64,000 nucleotides of DNA from Methanoregula sp. (GCA_039698055.1 JBDKTL010000007.1:53884-117883), one strand, 5' to 3'. Positions 42,998 to 52,471 are shown, counted from the first letter of the stretch. The notes: generated from the letters alone by a model not told the origin. Translations and numbers: made by a program.

Positions 42998-43076
42998 GTA
43001 ACGCCGGGCAAATCAAACCCTGCCCAACTTACGGGGGGTCCCATGGATTAAAAACGGTGTGACGGATGGTGAAGTT

Positions 43077-43290
43077 TTACTTCTCCCCTTTCTTCCTCTC
43101 ACCAAACAGCTCGTTTACCATCTTCACCGCTCGAGAGATCCCCGCACATCGAGCAGGTCTCCGTCTCCCCGTCCCGCTCGTGGATCTTCTTTGCGTGTCC
43201 GCCATACAACGCACGCCGGAACTGTTCGTCCCAGTCCAGCCGGTGCCGGGCATCCGCCATCTGCACCTCGCGTTCCATCCGGTAGCCCTC
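43077..43290 (-). pseudogene. Displaced, frameshifted duplicate of the thiC 3' end
   Basis: 43105-43280 matches 44783-44957 with 3 substitutions and 1 indel; ends ...ELFGERKKGEK* in the original frame. Confidence 0.9.
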
Positions 43291-43317
43291 TTTTTTCATG
43301 CAGTTGTCACATCATAA

Positions 43318-43343
43318 TGCACAATTTTATCTATTATTGTGCA
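43318..43343. promoter_or_regulatory. Inverted repeat in AAA ATPase promoter
   Basis: TGCACAAT-N10-ATTGTGCA around an AT-rich spacer, 24 bp before the ATG. Confidence 0.45.
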
Positions 43344-43367
43344 CTTTAATGATTCTAAGGAGAGCAT

Positions 43368-44642
43368 ATGGCAGTAACCGATGTACTGATCACCCAGCGG
43401 CGCGAGATCGAGAGCAGGCTCAAAGAACAGTACATAGAGCGGGATGCAGAGATTAGCAGGAAATCGGGCAACTTGATCCGGGTGATCTCAGGGCCACGAA
43501 GGGCAGGAAAATCATTTTTCGCAATGCACCAGCTGCCTCCGGATGGAAAATTCGGTTACGTGAACTTCGATGACGAACGGCTTGCAGCACGGGAGGGCGA
43601 CGAGATCATCGCAGCAGTAAAAGAGGTGTTCGGCGCACCGGAAGTTCTCTTCCTTGACGAAATCCAGAACCTGCCAAACTGGGAACTCTTCGTCAACCGG
43701 CTCCAGCGGGAGGGTTACCATCTCCTTCTCACCGGCAGCAACTCCCAACTCCTCAGCTCGGAACTTGCTACGCACCTGACCGGGCGATACCTCCAGACCA
43801 CGCTCTTTCCTTTTTCGTTTAAGGAAGTCCTGCGCACCCGTGGCGAACTCGTCACGACTATGGAAAAACAGGCGATGCTCGCCCAGTACGTGAAAAATGG
43901 TGGATTTCCCGAAGTGATCCTGAAAGATATCGGAGGAAAAGAATACCTCTCCACCCTTTTTGACGCCATCGTTTACAAGGATATCGTAAAACGGTACCGC
44001 ATCCGCTCCATCCCCGCTATCGAAGATCTGGCAATATATCTCATTTCCAATGCCGCAAGCGAATATTCCTACACTACACTTGCAAAGATCACCCGCAGCC
44101 GGAGCGTCCATACTGTCAAAAAATACCTGGGCTACCTTGAACAGACATTCCTCTTTTTCTCAGTCCCGAGGTTCTCGTTCAAGGTAAAAGAGCAGATCAC
44201 GGCAAACAGGAAATGTTACTGTATCGATAACGGGTTCATTCAGGCAAAAACTGCAAACTTCTCAGAGAATCACGGGCGGCTCTATGAAAACCTTGTTGCA
44301 ATCACCCTGAAACGACATGAGATGAATGGCGCTCTTACCTGCTATACCTGGAAAAATGTGCAACAGGAAGAAGTGGATTTTGTGATCCAAAAAGAGAACC
44401 GGATCGCGGAGCTCATTCAGGTCTGCACGGATATCACATCCCCGGCCACAAAAGACCGGGAAATCAGGGCACTCATCAAAGCGGGACACGAGCTCCGGTG
44501 CAACCAGCTCCGTGTCCTGACTGAAACGGAAGAGCGGGTAGCAGAAGAGGACTGGTTTGGCAATACAGGCACCATCATCTACGAGCCTCTCTGGAAATGG
44601 CTGGAGAGAGACAGCCCGGGAGACTACAAAACACCCGAATAA
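43368..44642 (+). CDS. AAA+ ATPase (AAA_14 + DUF4143, COG1373-like)
   Basis: GPRRAGKS Walker A, FLDEIQ Walker B, TGSNS, GGFPE, K.Y.IDNG and C-terminal EVDFV...IQV. Confidence 0.9.
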   Translation: MAVTDVLITQRREIESRLKEQYIERDAEISRKSGNLIRVISGPRRAGKSFFAMHQLPPDGKFGYVNFDDERLAAREGDEIIAAVKEVFGAPEVLFLDEIQNLPNWELFVNRLQREGYHLLLTGSNSQLLSSELATHLTGRYLQTTLFPFSFKEVLRTRGELVTTMEKQAMLAQYVKNGGFPEVILKDIGGKEYLSTLFDAIVYKDIVKRYRIRSIPAIEDLAIYLISNAASEYSYTTLAKITRSRSVHTVKKYLGYLEQTFLFFSVPRFSFKVKEQITANRKCYCIDNGFIQAKTANFSENHGRLYENLVAITLKRHEMNGALTCYTWKNVQQEEVDFVIQKENRIAELIQVCTDITSPATKDREIRALIKAGHELRCNQLRVLTETEERVAEEDWFGNTGTIIYEPLWKWLERDSPGDYKTPE

Positions 44643-44700
44643 TTCAACATTAATCCTTAAACATCAAAAAAGGCGGGTTCTAGCCTAAACAACACAAACA

Positions 44701-46038
44701 TTATTTCTTTCTTGTTCCCTTTCCCATCTGTGCCGGCTTCTTCACCAGATTCTTTGCCTTCTTTTCCGGCGTCCCGGTCCCGAACAGCTCGTTTACCATC
44801 TTGACCGCACAGAGATCCCCGCACATCGAGCAGGTCTCCGTCTCCCCGTCCCGCTCATGGATCTTCTTTGCGTGTCCGCCATACAACGCACGCCGGAACT
44901 GTTCGTCCCAGTCCAGCCGGTGCCGGGCATCCGCCATCTGCACCTCGCGTTCCATCCTGAACCCCTCCGGGCGCCTGACGGTATCGCCAACATGCGCCGC
45001 GATCTTTGCAACCCGGGTCCCCTCGATGATATCATCGACGTCCGGGAGCGCAAGGTGCTCGCTTGGCGAAACCATGCAAAGGAAATCCGCGCCGTTCTGG
45101 CAGGCGGTCGCCCCGCCGATTGCCGCGACGACATGATCGTAGCCCGGGGCGATATCGGTGACAATCGGCCCGAGCAGGTAGAGCGGTGCATGGTCGGTGA
45201 TCTCCTTGATCATCCGCACGTTATACCCGACCTGATCGAGTGGCATATGGCCCGGACCTTCGATCATCCGCTGGACACCCTTTTCATGTGCCCGTTTGGC
45301 AAGTGTCCCAAGCGTCATGTACTCGACCGACTTTGCGAGTTTCTCTGCGTCCTGCAGGCAGCCCGGGCGCATCCCGTCCCCGAGGCTGATGGTAACGTCG
45401 TGTTCTGCAAGGATTTCCATCAGGTAATCAAACTCGGCATAGAGCGGGTTTTCCTCTTCCCGCTTCATCATCATCGCACAGTGGAACGACCCGCCCCGGC
45501 TGACAACGCCCATAAGTCGCGGATCGGCCCTGAGCGCCGCCAGCGCCTGCAGGTTCACGCCGCAGTGAAGGGTCAGGAAATCCACACCCTGCCCGCAATG
45601 CTCCCGGATCACGCGGAATAACAGATCTGCATCCACATCGATCGCGTTCCCTGCCCTTCTGACTGCTTCATAGACGGGAACTGTCCCGACCGTCGTGTCA
45701 AGCGACAGGATGTTCCTGCGTATCGCGACCAGATCCCCGCCGGTTGAGAGGTCCATGAGGGCATCGGCACCGTTTGTCAGCGCCGCTTTTCCTTTCTCCA
45801 TCTCGAGCGCCGGATCGCACCGGGTGCCGGAAGTCCCGATATTTACGTTGATTTTAACAAGACATCCCTCGCCGACCGCACTGAGCACGTGCGACCGCTT
45901 CGGGTTTGCCGGGATCACTATTCTTCCGGCCGCAATTCCCCGGGCAATTTGTGCCGGGTCCATGCCTTCCGCCCGTGCCACTGTTTTTACTTCTTCCGGT
46001 ACCATACCGGCGGCGCACCTGCGGATAAGCAAATCCAT
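44701..46038 (-). CDS. thiC: Phosphomethylpyrimidine synthase (ThiC family radical SAM; BzaF-like role not excluded)
   Basis: KINVNIGTS, MDLSTGG, VSRGGS, SLGDGMRPG, EGPGH, DIAPGYDH, EHLALP and CSMCGDLC; start may be 46047. Confidence 0.9.
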   Translation of the reverse strand: MDLLIRRCAAGMVPEEVKTVARAEGMDPAQIARGIAAGRIVIPANPKRSHVLSAVGEGCLVKINVNIGTSGTRCDPALEMEKGKAALTNGADALMDLSTGGDLVAIRRNILSLDTTVGTVPVYEAVRRAGNAIDVDADLLFRVIREHCGQGVDFLTLHCGVNLQALAALRADPRLMGVVSRGGSFHCAMMMKREEENPLYAEFDYLMEILAEHDVTISLGDGMRPGCLQDAEKLAKSVEYMTLGTLAKRAHEKGVQRMIEGPGHMPLDQVGYNVRMIKEITDHAPLYLLGPIVTDIAPGYDHVVAAIGGATACQNGADFLCMVSPSEHLALPDVDDIIEGTRVAKIAAHVGDTVRRPEGFRMEREVQMADARHRLDWDEQFRRALYGGHAKKIHERDGETETCSMCGDLCAVKMVNELFGTGTPEKKAKNLVKKPAQMGKGTRKK

Positions 46039-46072
46039 AAGAAACATCTGTCGGGATGCCTTATTAGTGTGC

Positions 46073-46675
46073 ATGAAGGTCAGGTGGATTCCCGAACAGG
46101 CAGCTTTTGCGAACTCCTATATTTTCGGTACTGTTCTTGTCGATGCGGGAGTCACGCCGATGACAATTATACCATATAAGGACACCATCGATACCATCGT
46201 CCTTACCCACTGCCACTTTGATCACACGGCTCACGTAAAAGAGATCGCGCATATGTGCCGGGCAAAAGTCGCCATCCACAAGGATGACGCTTCCGGGCTC
46301 ATCGATGATGCCCTGAGTCTTTCGATGCATTTTGGTGCCCGTTCCCCCGGGATTGTCCCTGATATTATCCTGAATGACGGCGATATGATCGGAGGGCTTA
46401 AGGTGCTGCACACGCCGGGCCATACTCTGGGAAGTTGCTGCCTGTTCTCAGAACCGGACAAAGTGCTGATCAGCGGGGACACGGTTTTTGCCGACGGTTG
46501 TTTCGGGCGCTACGATTTCCCCGGGGGAAGCCGGCAGGCACTTGCAAAGTCCCTTGACCAGCTCGGGGCACTTGACATCGAAGAACTCTATCCCGGTCAC
46601 GGGGCGCCGGTCGAACGCGGGGGAAAGCGCCACATCGCCGCAGCCCGGGAACTCATGAAGAGCGGGTATGGATAA
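46073..46675 (+). CDS. Metallo-beta-lactamase fold hydrolase (glyoxalase II-like)
   Basis: THCHFDH, HTPGHT, SGDT and PGHG; start MKVRWI. Confidence 0.9.
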   Translation: MKVRWIPEQAAFANSYIFGTVLVDAGVTPMTIIPYKDTIDTIVLTHCHFDHTAHVKEIAHMCRAKVAIHKDDASGLIDDALSLSMHFGARSPGIVPDIILNDGDMIGGLKVLHTPGHTLGSCCLFSEPDKVLISGDTVFADGCFGRYDFPGGSRQALAKSLDQLGALDIEELYPGHGAPVERGGKRHIAAARELMKSGYG

Positions 46676-47123
46676 AGGAATTTATTGTCTCGTATTCAGA
46701 AATTTGGCCTGCACCGCCACAATCGGAGCGCTCGGATCATTGCCGTTTGCAGCCGGATGGCACGGTTATGTTGGTTCAGCACTTGGCAGCGGGGGGCTTG
46801 CACGGCTCACGCGCCACTGCCGGCTTGCGACTGAGCGCAACAAACGACCGAAGTGGCATGTGGATTATCTCCTTACCGATCCGCGCTTTATCCTTGCATA
46901 TAGCGTAAGCGCCCCCACCACGGATCGGCTCGAATGCCGGCTTGCCTCAACGCTGGACGGTAAAGGAGTTCCCCATTTTGGCTGTAGTGACTGCTCCTGC
47001 GACACTCATCTGCTGCACTGGCGCTACGATCCGAAGCGTGGGATTATCGCTGCGTTTGAATCGCTGGGCCTTGTCCCGGTCATCAAAACGCTCATTATCC
47101 CGGACGTAAAGGGTAACATATGA
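46668..47123 (+). CDS. DUF123 / GIY-YIG (Uri) nuclease family protein
   Basis: KGIYCL, YVGSA, WHVDYL and FGCSDC.C.THL. Confidence 0.85.
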   Translation: MDKGIYCLVFRNLACTATIGALGSLPFAAGWHGYVGSALGSGGLARLTRHCRLATERNKRPKWHVDYLLTDPRFILAYSVSAPTTDRLECRLASTLDGKGVPHFGCSDCSCDTHLLHWRYDPKRGIIAAFESLGLVPVIKTLIIPDVKGNI

Positions 47124-47674
47124 AGGTGCTCGGATTATCAGGAAGCATGCGGAAGAATGGCAATACGGCTCAGCTTATCAGGGTTATCCTCAAGCGCTGC
47201 GAGGATGCCGGCATTGAAACTGAATTTATCTCCCTTGCCGGAAAGAAGATCTCGCCCTGTACCGGTTGCGAGAAATGCAAGGAGAAAAAGTGGTGCGTGA
47301 TAGAGAACGATGACTGGGGCGACGTTATCCAAAACGTACTGGATTCCGAAGTGCTTGTCATAGGTTCGCCAACCTATTACTACGATATATGCGGGCACCT
47401 GAAAAACTTCATCGACCGCACCTACTCGCTCTACCATGACCGGAAGTTATCAGGGCGAAAAGGGATCGCTGTTGCGGTGAATGCCGAGAAAGGTGCAAGC
47501 AGGACCATCCAGACCATCGAGGGCTTTTTGAGCACGCACGAGTTTGCTTCACTGGGATCGGTCAAAGGCAGAGGATATGAGGAAGGATCGGTCCTCGATG
47601 ATACCGAGGCTGTAGAAAAGGCGCAGAAGATTGGCGATAAAATCGTGCGCCTGCTCAAACCGCATCACGACTGA
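47120..47674 (+). CDS. Iron-sulfur flavoprotein (Isf-like)
   Basis: GSMRKNGNT, CTGCEKCKEKKWC, GSPTY and KNFIDR. Confidence 0.88.
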   Translation: MKVLGLSGSMRKNGNTAQLIRVILKRCEDAGIETEFISLAGKKISPCTGCEKCKEKKWCVIENDDWGDVIQNVLDSEVLVIGSPTYYYDICGHLKNFIDRTYSLYHDRKLSGRKGIAVAVNAEKGASRTIQTIEGFLSTHEFASLGSVKGRGYEEGSVLDDTEAVEKAQKIGDKIVRLLKPHHD

Positions 47675-48141
47675 TGGGGCTTGTCGTACCCATACTTTTT
47701 TCCGGTCATATCTTCGATATCAATCCGGATAATACAGACGCTGGCAAGTTCCGGCTCTGAAAATTCGTATGACGGGCTCCCATAATGGCTGATAATGCTG
47801 GCAAGGGCGATTCGTTTTTCATGTGCGTCCTCAACAAACCGGGCTTTTCCCGTGCAGATTACGCTTTTATACCGCATCTCCCATTTACACGGGCTTTCTG
47901 CTTTTATGACATCTTCGACCAGATCGACCTCGACACAGCAGGACGGGTTCTTTTTAAGGCACTCGATCTTTTTCCCACCTTTTCCTGAGTGGATATACAG
48001 GGCATTGTTCATGTACCCATAACAGACCGGGACAACGTAGGGTACATTATTGTCTGTACAGGCAAGATGGCAAACAACGGCGTTCTGCAGAAGGGATTCC
48101 ATTTCGGCGTGGTCCGTAATCTCGCGGTCTTTTCGTCTCAT
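47665..48141 (-). CDS. Pyridoxamine 5'-phosphate oxidase / NimA-like flavin-binding protein
   Basis: MRRKDREI, PYVVPV, YIHS..G.K and Y.SVI..G. Confidence 0.85.
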   Translation of the reverse strand: MRRKDREITDHAEMESLLQNAVVCHLACTDNNVPYVVPVCYGYMNNALYIHSGKGGKKIECLKKNPSCCVEVDLVEDVIKAESPCKWEMRYKSVICTGKARFVEDAHEKRIALASIISHYGSPSYEFSEPELASVCIIRIDIEDMTGKKYGYDKPHQS

Positions 48142-48192
48142 GGTACACGGATTTGGAAGTGGTGTCCTATTAACCATTTCAACAAAAAAACA

Positions 48193-49281
48193 TCAGCACA
48201 GGTCGTACAGCGTTGTCCGGCGCTGCAATGTCCTGCCACAGTCTTCAGCCACGCGCTGCATCTCTGCCGGATCGAGGTAATCGGTGTTGGTCGCACCCGC
48301 TCCTTTCGAGATGCTCTCCTCAAACATCGTGCCCCCGAGGTCATTGGCACCGGCAAGGAGCCCCAGCTGTGCCATCTTGATCCCCTCTTTGACCCACGAG
48401 ACCTGGATATTTTTAAAATTGTCCAGAAAGAGGCGGGCAACAGCGACCATCAGAAGGTCCTCTCTGCCCGTCGCCCCTGCCCGCGCCTTCCCACTCTTAT
48501 AAATCGGGGTATTCATGTGGATGAACGAGAGCGGCACGAACTCGGTAAATCCATGAGTTTCATCCTGGATATCCCGGAGAATGGCAAGATGTCGGACCCG
48601 GTCGGCATCACTCTCACAGTGCCCGTACATAATCGTCGCAGTCGACGGGATGCCCAGATGGTGCGCCTCGGTGATGATCCGCACCCATTCATCTGTTGTG
48701 ATCTTCTGGGGGCAGATGATGTTCCTGACCGGATCGACAAGGATCTCTGCTGCCGTGCCACAGAGCGAGCGGAGCCCGGCATCTTTCATCGCGACAAGGA
48801 CATCCCGGGTGGATAAGCCGCTTTTTCTGGCGCCATATGCGACTTCCATGGGATTGCTGGCATGAAGATGAACTCCCGGCGCCGCTTCGGTAATCCACCG
48901 ATAGATGTCGATATATGACCGGGCGGTGAAATCCGGGTGAAGCCCGCTGACCGTGCAGATCTCAGAAACCCCCCGGGATTTTGCAAGCGCCGCTTTTTGC
49001 CGGATTGTATCCTGGTTATGGAAATAGATCCCTTCATCACCGGGCTTTTTTGAAAAACCACAGAACCCGCAAGTGTTGACGCACAAGTTGGTAACGTTGA
49101 TGTTCTGGTTGCGGACGTATGTCACCGCGTTCCCTGCCACACGTTCCCGTTGTTCGTCTGCGGCAGCAGCAATATCCCAGACGGCCCGGTCTTTTGTTTT
49201 AAAGAGACCGAGCGCCTCGGCTTCACTGAGCCGGTGACCTTCTTTGACATCTGATAACAGGGAGCGTAATGAGGATTTCAT
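48193..49281 (-). CDS. cofH: FO synthase subunit CofH (paralog 1)
   Basis: NINVTNLCVNTCGFCGF, GTAAEIL, TIMYGH, QVSWVK and ANDLGGT. Confidence 0.9.
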   Translation of the reverse strand: MKSSLRSLLSDVKEGHRLSEAEALGLFKTKDRAVWDIAAAADEQRERVAGNAVTYVRNQNINVTNLCVNTCGFCGFSKKPGDEGIYFHNQDTIRQKAALAKSRGVSEICTVSGLHPDFTARSYIDIYRWITEAAPGVHLHASNPMEVAYGARKSGLSTRDVLVAMKDAGLRSLCGTAAEILVDPVRNIICPQKITTDEWVRIITEAHHLGIPSTATIMYGHCESDADRVRHLAILRDIQDETHGFTEFVPLSFIHMNTPIYKSGKARAGATGREDLLMVAVARLFLDNFKNIQVSWVKEGIKMAQLGLLAGANDLGGTMFEESISKGAGATNTDYLDPAEMQRVAEDCGRTLQRRTTLYDLC

Positions 49282-49400
49282 GATGGATATCAGCTACGAT
49301 CTCACCGTGCTATGGTGTGTCATGCTCAACGTAAACCTATCGACTCGATACCCCACATGATTATTACACTCCTGCACCAACAATCTCATTAAGGAGATTT

Positions 49401-49700
49401 ATGGAGCAGGTCACCGTCAGACTGACAAATAAGGATGCAAAGGGATATGTCATACCGCTCGGCCCGGCAAATCTGGTTGCCGTGATTACCGATATCGGCA
49501 TGGTAGGATGCGGCGCTTTTGACGTGGCGGCGCTGGATTCATTCAGTTTTCCCGCCGCAAAGGTCCGGCCTTCACTAGGTCCATCGATAGTCGATGTTGA
49601 TGATATCCTCAAAGGAATCGTAAAGGAGGCCAACCGTTCAGCAATCGGACGCGGGATCAAGACGGGCATGACCGGGCGACAGGCGCTGGACCGGATGTGA
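49401..49700 (+). CDS. YunC / DUF1805 family protein
   Basis: G.VGCGAFD...AAKV...GIKTGMTG..AL pattern. Confidence 0.75.
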   Translation: MEQVTVRLTNKDAKGYVIPLGPANLVAVITDIGMVGCGAFDVAALDSFSFPAAKVRPSLGPSIVDVDDILKGIVKEANRSAIGRGIKTGMTGRQALDRM

Positions 49701-49886
49701 TTTTTTTTAAAGAATACAGGGATAATGCTGATCCTTTTCTTTAATAATACACAATTGACCTGTTCTTCCTGCATACGAACAACCATTATCGATTCTTAAA
49801 AACCCAAGGTAAGCACCAGATGTCCCGGCCCGCTCCGTCCGGTTTTTGTTCGCGGACATCATAGGTGACCCCTCCGGCACTGACAG

Positions 49887-50340
49887 GGTACCTCCTTTTC
49901 CATGAGGTACCCCCGGGGGGTCTGTCATACTCAGGCAGGTACCCCCCCAGACCCATCCCTCCCCCTTTTGCATATCCATTGCCTACGTTTCGTGTGGAGT
50001 CTCTGACGATATTTATTGCACACTTATAGTTCCGGAAAGGGAGGGGTCCTGGCAACCCACCCCTCACTGATCATGAGGTACCCCCCATAGGGGGTGGGTC
50101 GTACTGATGCAGGTACCCTCCCAAGGGGGTACCTCTTGTACTGCCAGGGACTTCCCCCACCCACCACTCATCGCGAGGGATCCCGTTTCTTTCCGTGCCC
50201 GATTTCACGACGAAAGTGTCCACCAAAGCCGGATTTTTAACAGGGGGTGTCAGCGTCCCTACCTCACCCTGATCATGGGGTACCCCCCTTGGGGGGTCTG
50301 TCGTACTAAGGGAGGTACCCCTCCCGGGGGGTACCTCTTG
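49887..50340. repeat. Three degenerate palindromic repeat units rich in GGTACC
   Basis: Units begin CATGRGGTACCCCC at 49901 (partial), 50072 and 50274; nine GGTACC in ~450 bp; terminal hairpins AGGTACCC...GGGTACCT. Confidence 0.85.
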
Positions 50341-50411
50341 TTGAGAAAAATCTGGAGGGGGAAACTAATTTTTTAGAGATTTATTTTTTTTTAATCGCTA
50401 CGATCCGCCCC

Positions 50412-51503
50412 TCACACCATCTCGTAAACCGTCGTCCGCTGCCTCAGTTTCCGCCCCAAATCCGACACCATCCGCTCCATAACCACCGGGTCAAGGAAAC
50501 TTGCATCGCTCGCCCCTGCATCAACGGACACGTCATCGGTATACATCGTGCCGGCGAGATCGTTGCCCCCGCACAGGAGCGCAAGCTGGGTCATTTTCAG
50601 CCCGAGTTTTCCCCACGATACCTGGATATGGTTGAAATTGTCAAGATACAGCCGGGAGACGGCAATCATCAGGAGATCCTCCCGGCCCGTTGCCCCCGCC
50701 CGTCCTATTCCTTTCTGGTACAGGGGAGTATTCGTATGAATATACGACATCGGGATGAATTCAGTAAAACCGTGGGTCTCGTCCTGCAATGCCCGGATAA
50801 TAGACAGGTGTTCAACCTGGTCCCGGGCGGTTTCAAGTGAGCCGTACATGATGGTTGCAGAAGTGAGAATTCCCATCCGGTGCGCTGTTTTGATAATGCT
50901 CACCCATTCAGCTGTTGGAAGTTTTCTGGGGCAGATAACTTTGCGCACCGAATCAACGAGGATTTCAGCGGCGGTTCCCTGGAGGGTGCCAAGCCCGGCA
51001 TCCCGCAGGCGCGACAGGACTTCTTCGGGAGTGATATGGCTCTGTGCGGCGGCATAGGAGATCTCATCCGGGCTGAATGCATGCAGGTGGATCTCCGGCG
51101 CAACCTCGTGTACGCAGGTCAGTAGATCCACGTACGTATCTACGGTAAACCGGGGATGGACACCACTTAAAAAACAGATCTCGGTCACACCCCGGGATTT
51201 CGCCAGCCGTGCACCGGCCCGGGTCGTTTCGAGATCATTGCAGTACGCCCCCTCTTCACCCTCCCGCTTGCCAAACCCGCAGAACCCGCAGAGGTTCTTG
51301 CAGATATTGGTCACGTGCAGGTTCTGGTTCTTCACGTAGGTGACAATATCCCCGACCTTTCTTTCCCGCATTTCATCAGCCGCAGATGCAATCAGAAAAA
51401 CATCACGGTCTTTGACGTTCATCAGGGAGACTGCCTCTTCATCCGTCAGCCGGTGGCCGTTTTTCACGTCGTCCAGAAGATTTGGCAGGTCTTTTACGGT
51501 CAT
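50412..51503 (-). CDS. cofH: FO synthase subunit CofH (paralog 2)
   Basis: NLHVTNICKNLCGFCGF, GTAAEIL, QVSWGK and NDLAGT; start MTVKDL overlaps the upstream stop (ATGA). Confidence 0.88.
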   Translation of the reverse strand: MTVKDLPNLLDDVKNGHRLTDEEAVSLMNVKDRDVFLIASAADEMRERKVGDIVTYVKNQNLHVTNICKNLCGFCGFGKREGEEGAYCNDLETTRAGARLAKSRGVTEICFLSGVHPRFTVDTYVDLLTCVHEVAPEIHLHAFSPDEISYAAAQSHITPEEVLSRLRDAGLGTLQGTAAEILVDSVRKVICPRKLPTAEWVSIIKTAHRMGILTSATIMYGSLETARDQVEHLSIIRALQDETHGFTEFIPMSYIHTNTPLYQKGIGRAGATGREDLLMIAVSRLYLDNFNHIQVSWGKLGLKMTQLALLCGGNDLAGTMYTDDVSVDAGASDASFLDPVVMERMVSDLGRKLRQRTTVYEMV

Positions 51504-52471
51504 TTGCCACGCCCTTTCTTCTTCTGGGGGGACATTTTTGAGGATTTCCCGGATTTTTTCCCGTTCTGCTCTGTTTTGCTGCGGGTGTACCACTCATAGA
51601 GCAGCATCACCACAACAAGGACAATGATTACTTCCCAGATATGGAGCGGTAACAGCCCCACCAGCGGTATGGTAAACAGCGCTTTGCCGATCACCCAGTC
51701 TTTCTGTGACGGCGTGATCTCTCCTGCATTGGCAACCGAGAGATATCCCTGGTCGCTTGCAGGATTGTTGTCACCCTTGGAGATATACCCGCCGTGAGGC
51801 GCAATCGTGTCGGTCATGCGGATATACCCGGTATCATTGGACATGTACACAGATGGCAGGATGTAGCTCTCACTTGCTGTCCTGAGGACTAGATCTTTTG
51901 GGGTTGTCGTCAGGTTACCGCTGGGGATTGTTGAACCGGTATAGAGGACACGGTACCCTTCAACGGTAATATTGCTGGTCCTGAGCGGGACATAATCGGT
52001 TGGCGTCATTGCCCCGCGGTACATATTCAGAAACGAGGGCTGCGGTTCCCCGGCATCCACCCAGATCATCGCCCGGTGAATGATTGGATGCTGGTTTGAA
52101 AGCGGGAGCACGCCAATCGACGCCCAGAAATCGGTGATGCCGTTCGGGCGATAGATGATCACATCGCCGTAATCCCCGAATTTCTTGTACCCGGAGATTT
52201 TTCCGTCCTCCCATGTCTGGAGCGGGCCGAACCGGTCTGGTGCCACGACCACAACAAGGTCCCCGATGTTCATGTGGGGCTCCATGCTGCCGGATTCGAT
52301 GGTGACAACCGCCGGCCAGGTGCCGCACAGGAGATACAGGGCGAGCGCGATTCCCCCGACCACCGCTACCATCCAGAGAATGTCCCGTGCAAGGGACACG
52401 GCCCAGTGCTCACTTGTCCTGAACCGGTTGACCAGTGTGCGGATGCTCCCGCCGGTGTTGTTATCAGCCAT
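51500..52471 (-). CDS. Signal peptidase I (S26, Sec11-like)
   Basis: TM followed by SGSMEP..GD, PIIHR and SKGDNN. Confidence 0.9.
   Translation of the reverse strand: MADNNTGGSIRTLVNRFRTSEHWAVSLARDILWMVAVVGGIALALYLLCGTWPAVVTIESGSMEPHMNIGDLVVVVAPDRFGPLQTWEDGKISGYKKFGDYGDVIIYRPNGITDFWASIGVLPLSNQHPIIHRAMIWVDAGEPQPSFLNMYRGAMTPTDYVPLRTSNITVEGYRVLYTGSTIPSGNLTTTPKDLVLRTASESYILPSVYMSNDTGYIRMTDTIAPHGGYISKGDNNPASDQGYLSVANAGEITPSQKDWVIGKALFTIPLVGLLPLHIWEVIIVLVVVMLLYEWYTRSKTEQNGKKSGKSSKMSPQKKKGRGK

Noticed and set aside
43077-44967. DGR template/variable repeat pair
   Set aside because: No reverse transcriptase is present. The differences are few, partly synonymous, not adenine-specific, and include an indel.
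49887-50340. CRISPR array, or replication origin (G-strings near a signal peptidase I/DP1 neighbourhood; GTTCCGGAAAGGGAGGGG at ~50030)
   Set aside because: Unit and spacer lengths do not fit CRISPR and no cas genes are present. There are no repeated TTCCAGTGGAAA-type ORBs and no orc1/cdc6 in the window, so an origin is unsupported.
49707-50376. ORFs of ~90 aa within the repeat gap (and 731-1293)
   Set aside because: They are Gly/Pro-rich translations of the G/C-tract repeats in several frames, with no coding signal.
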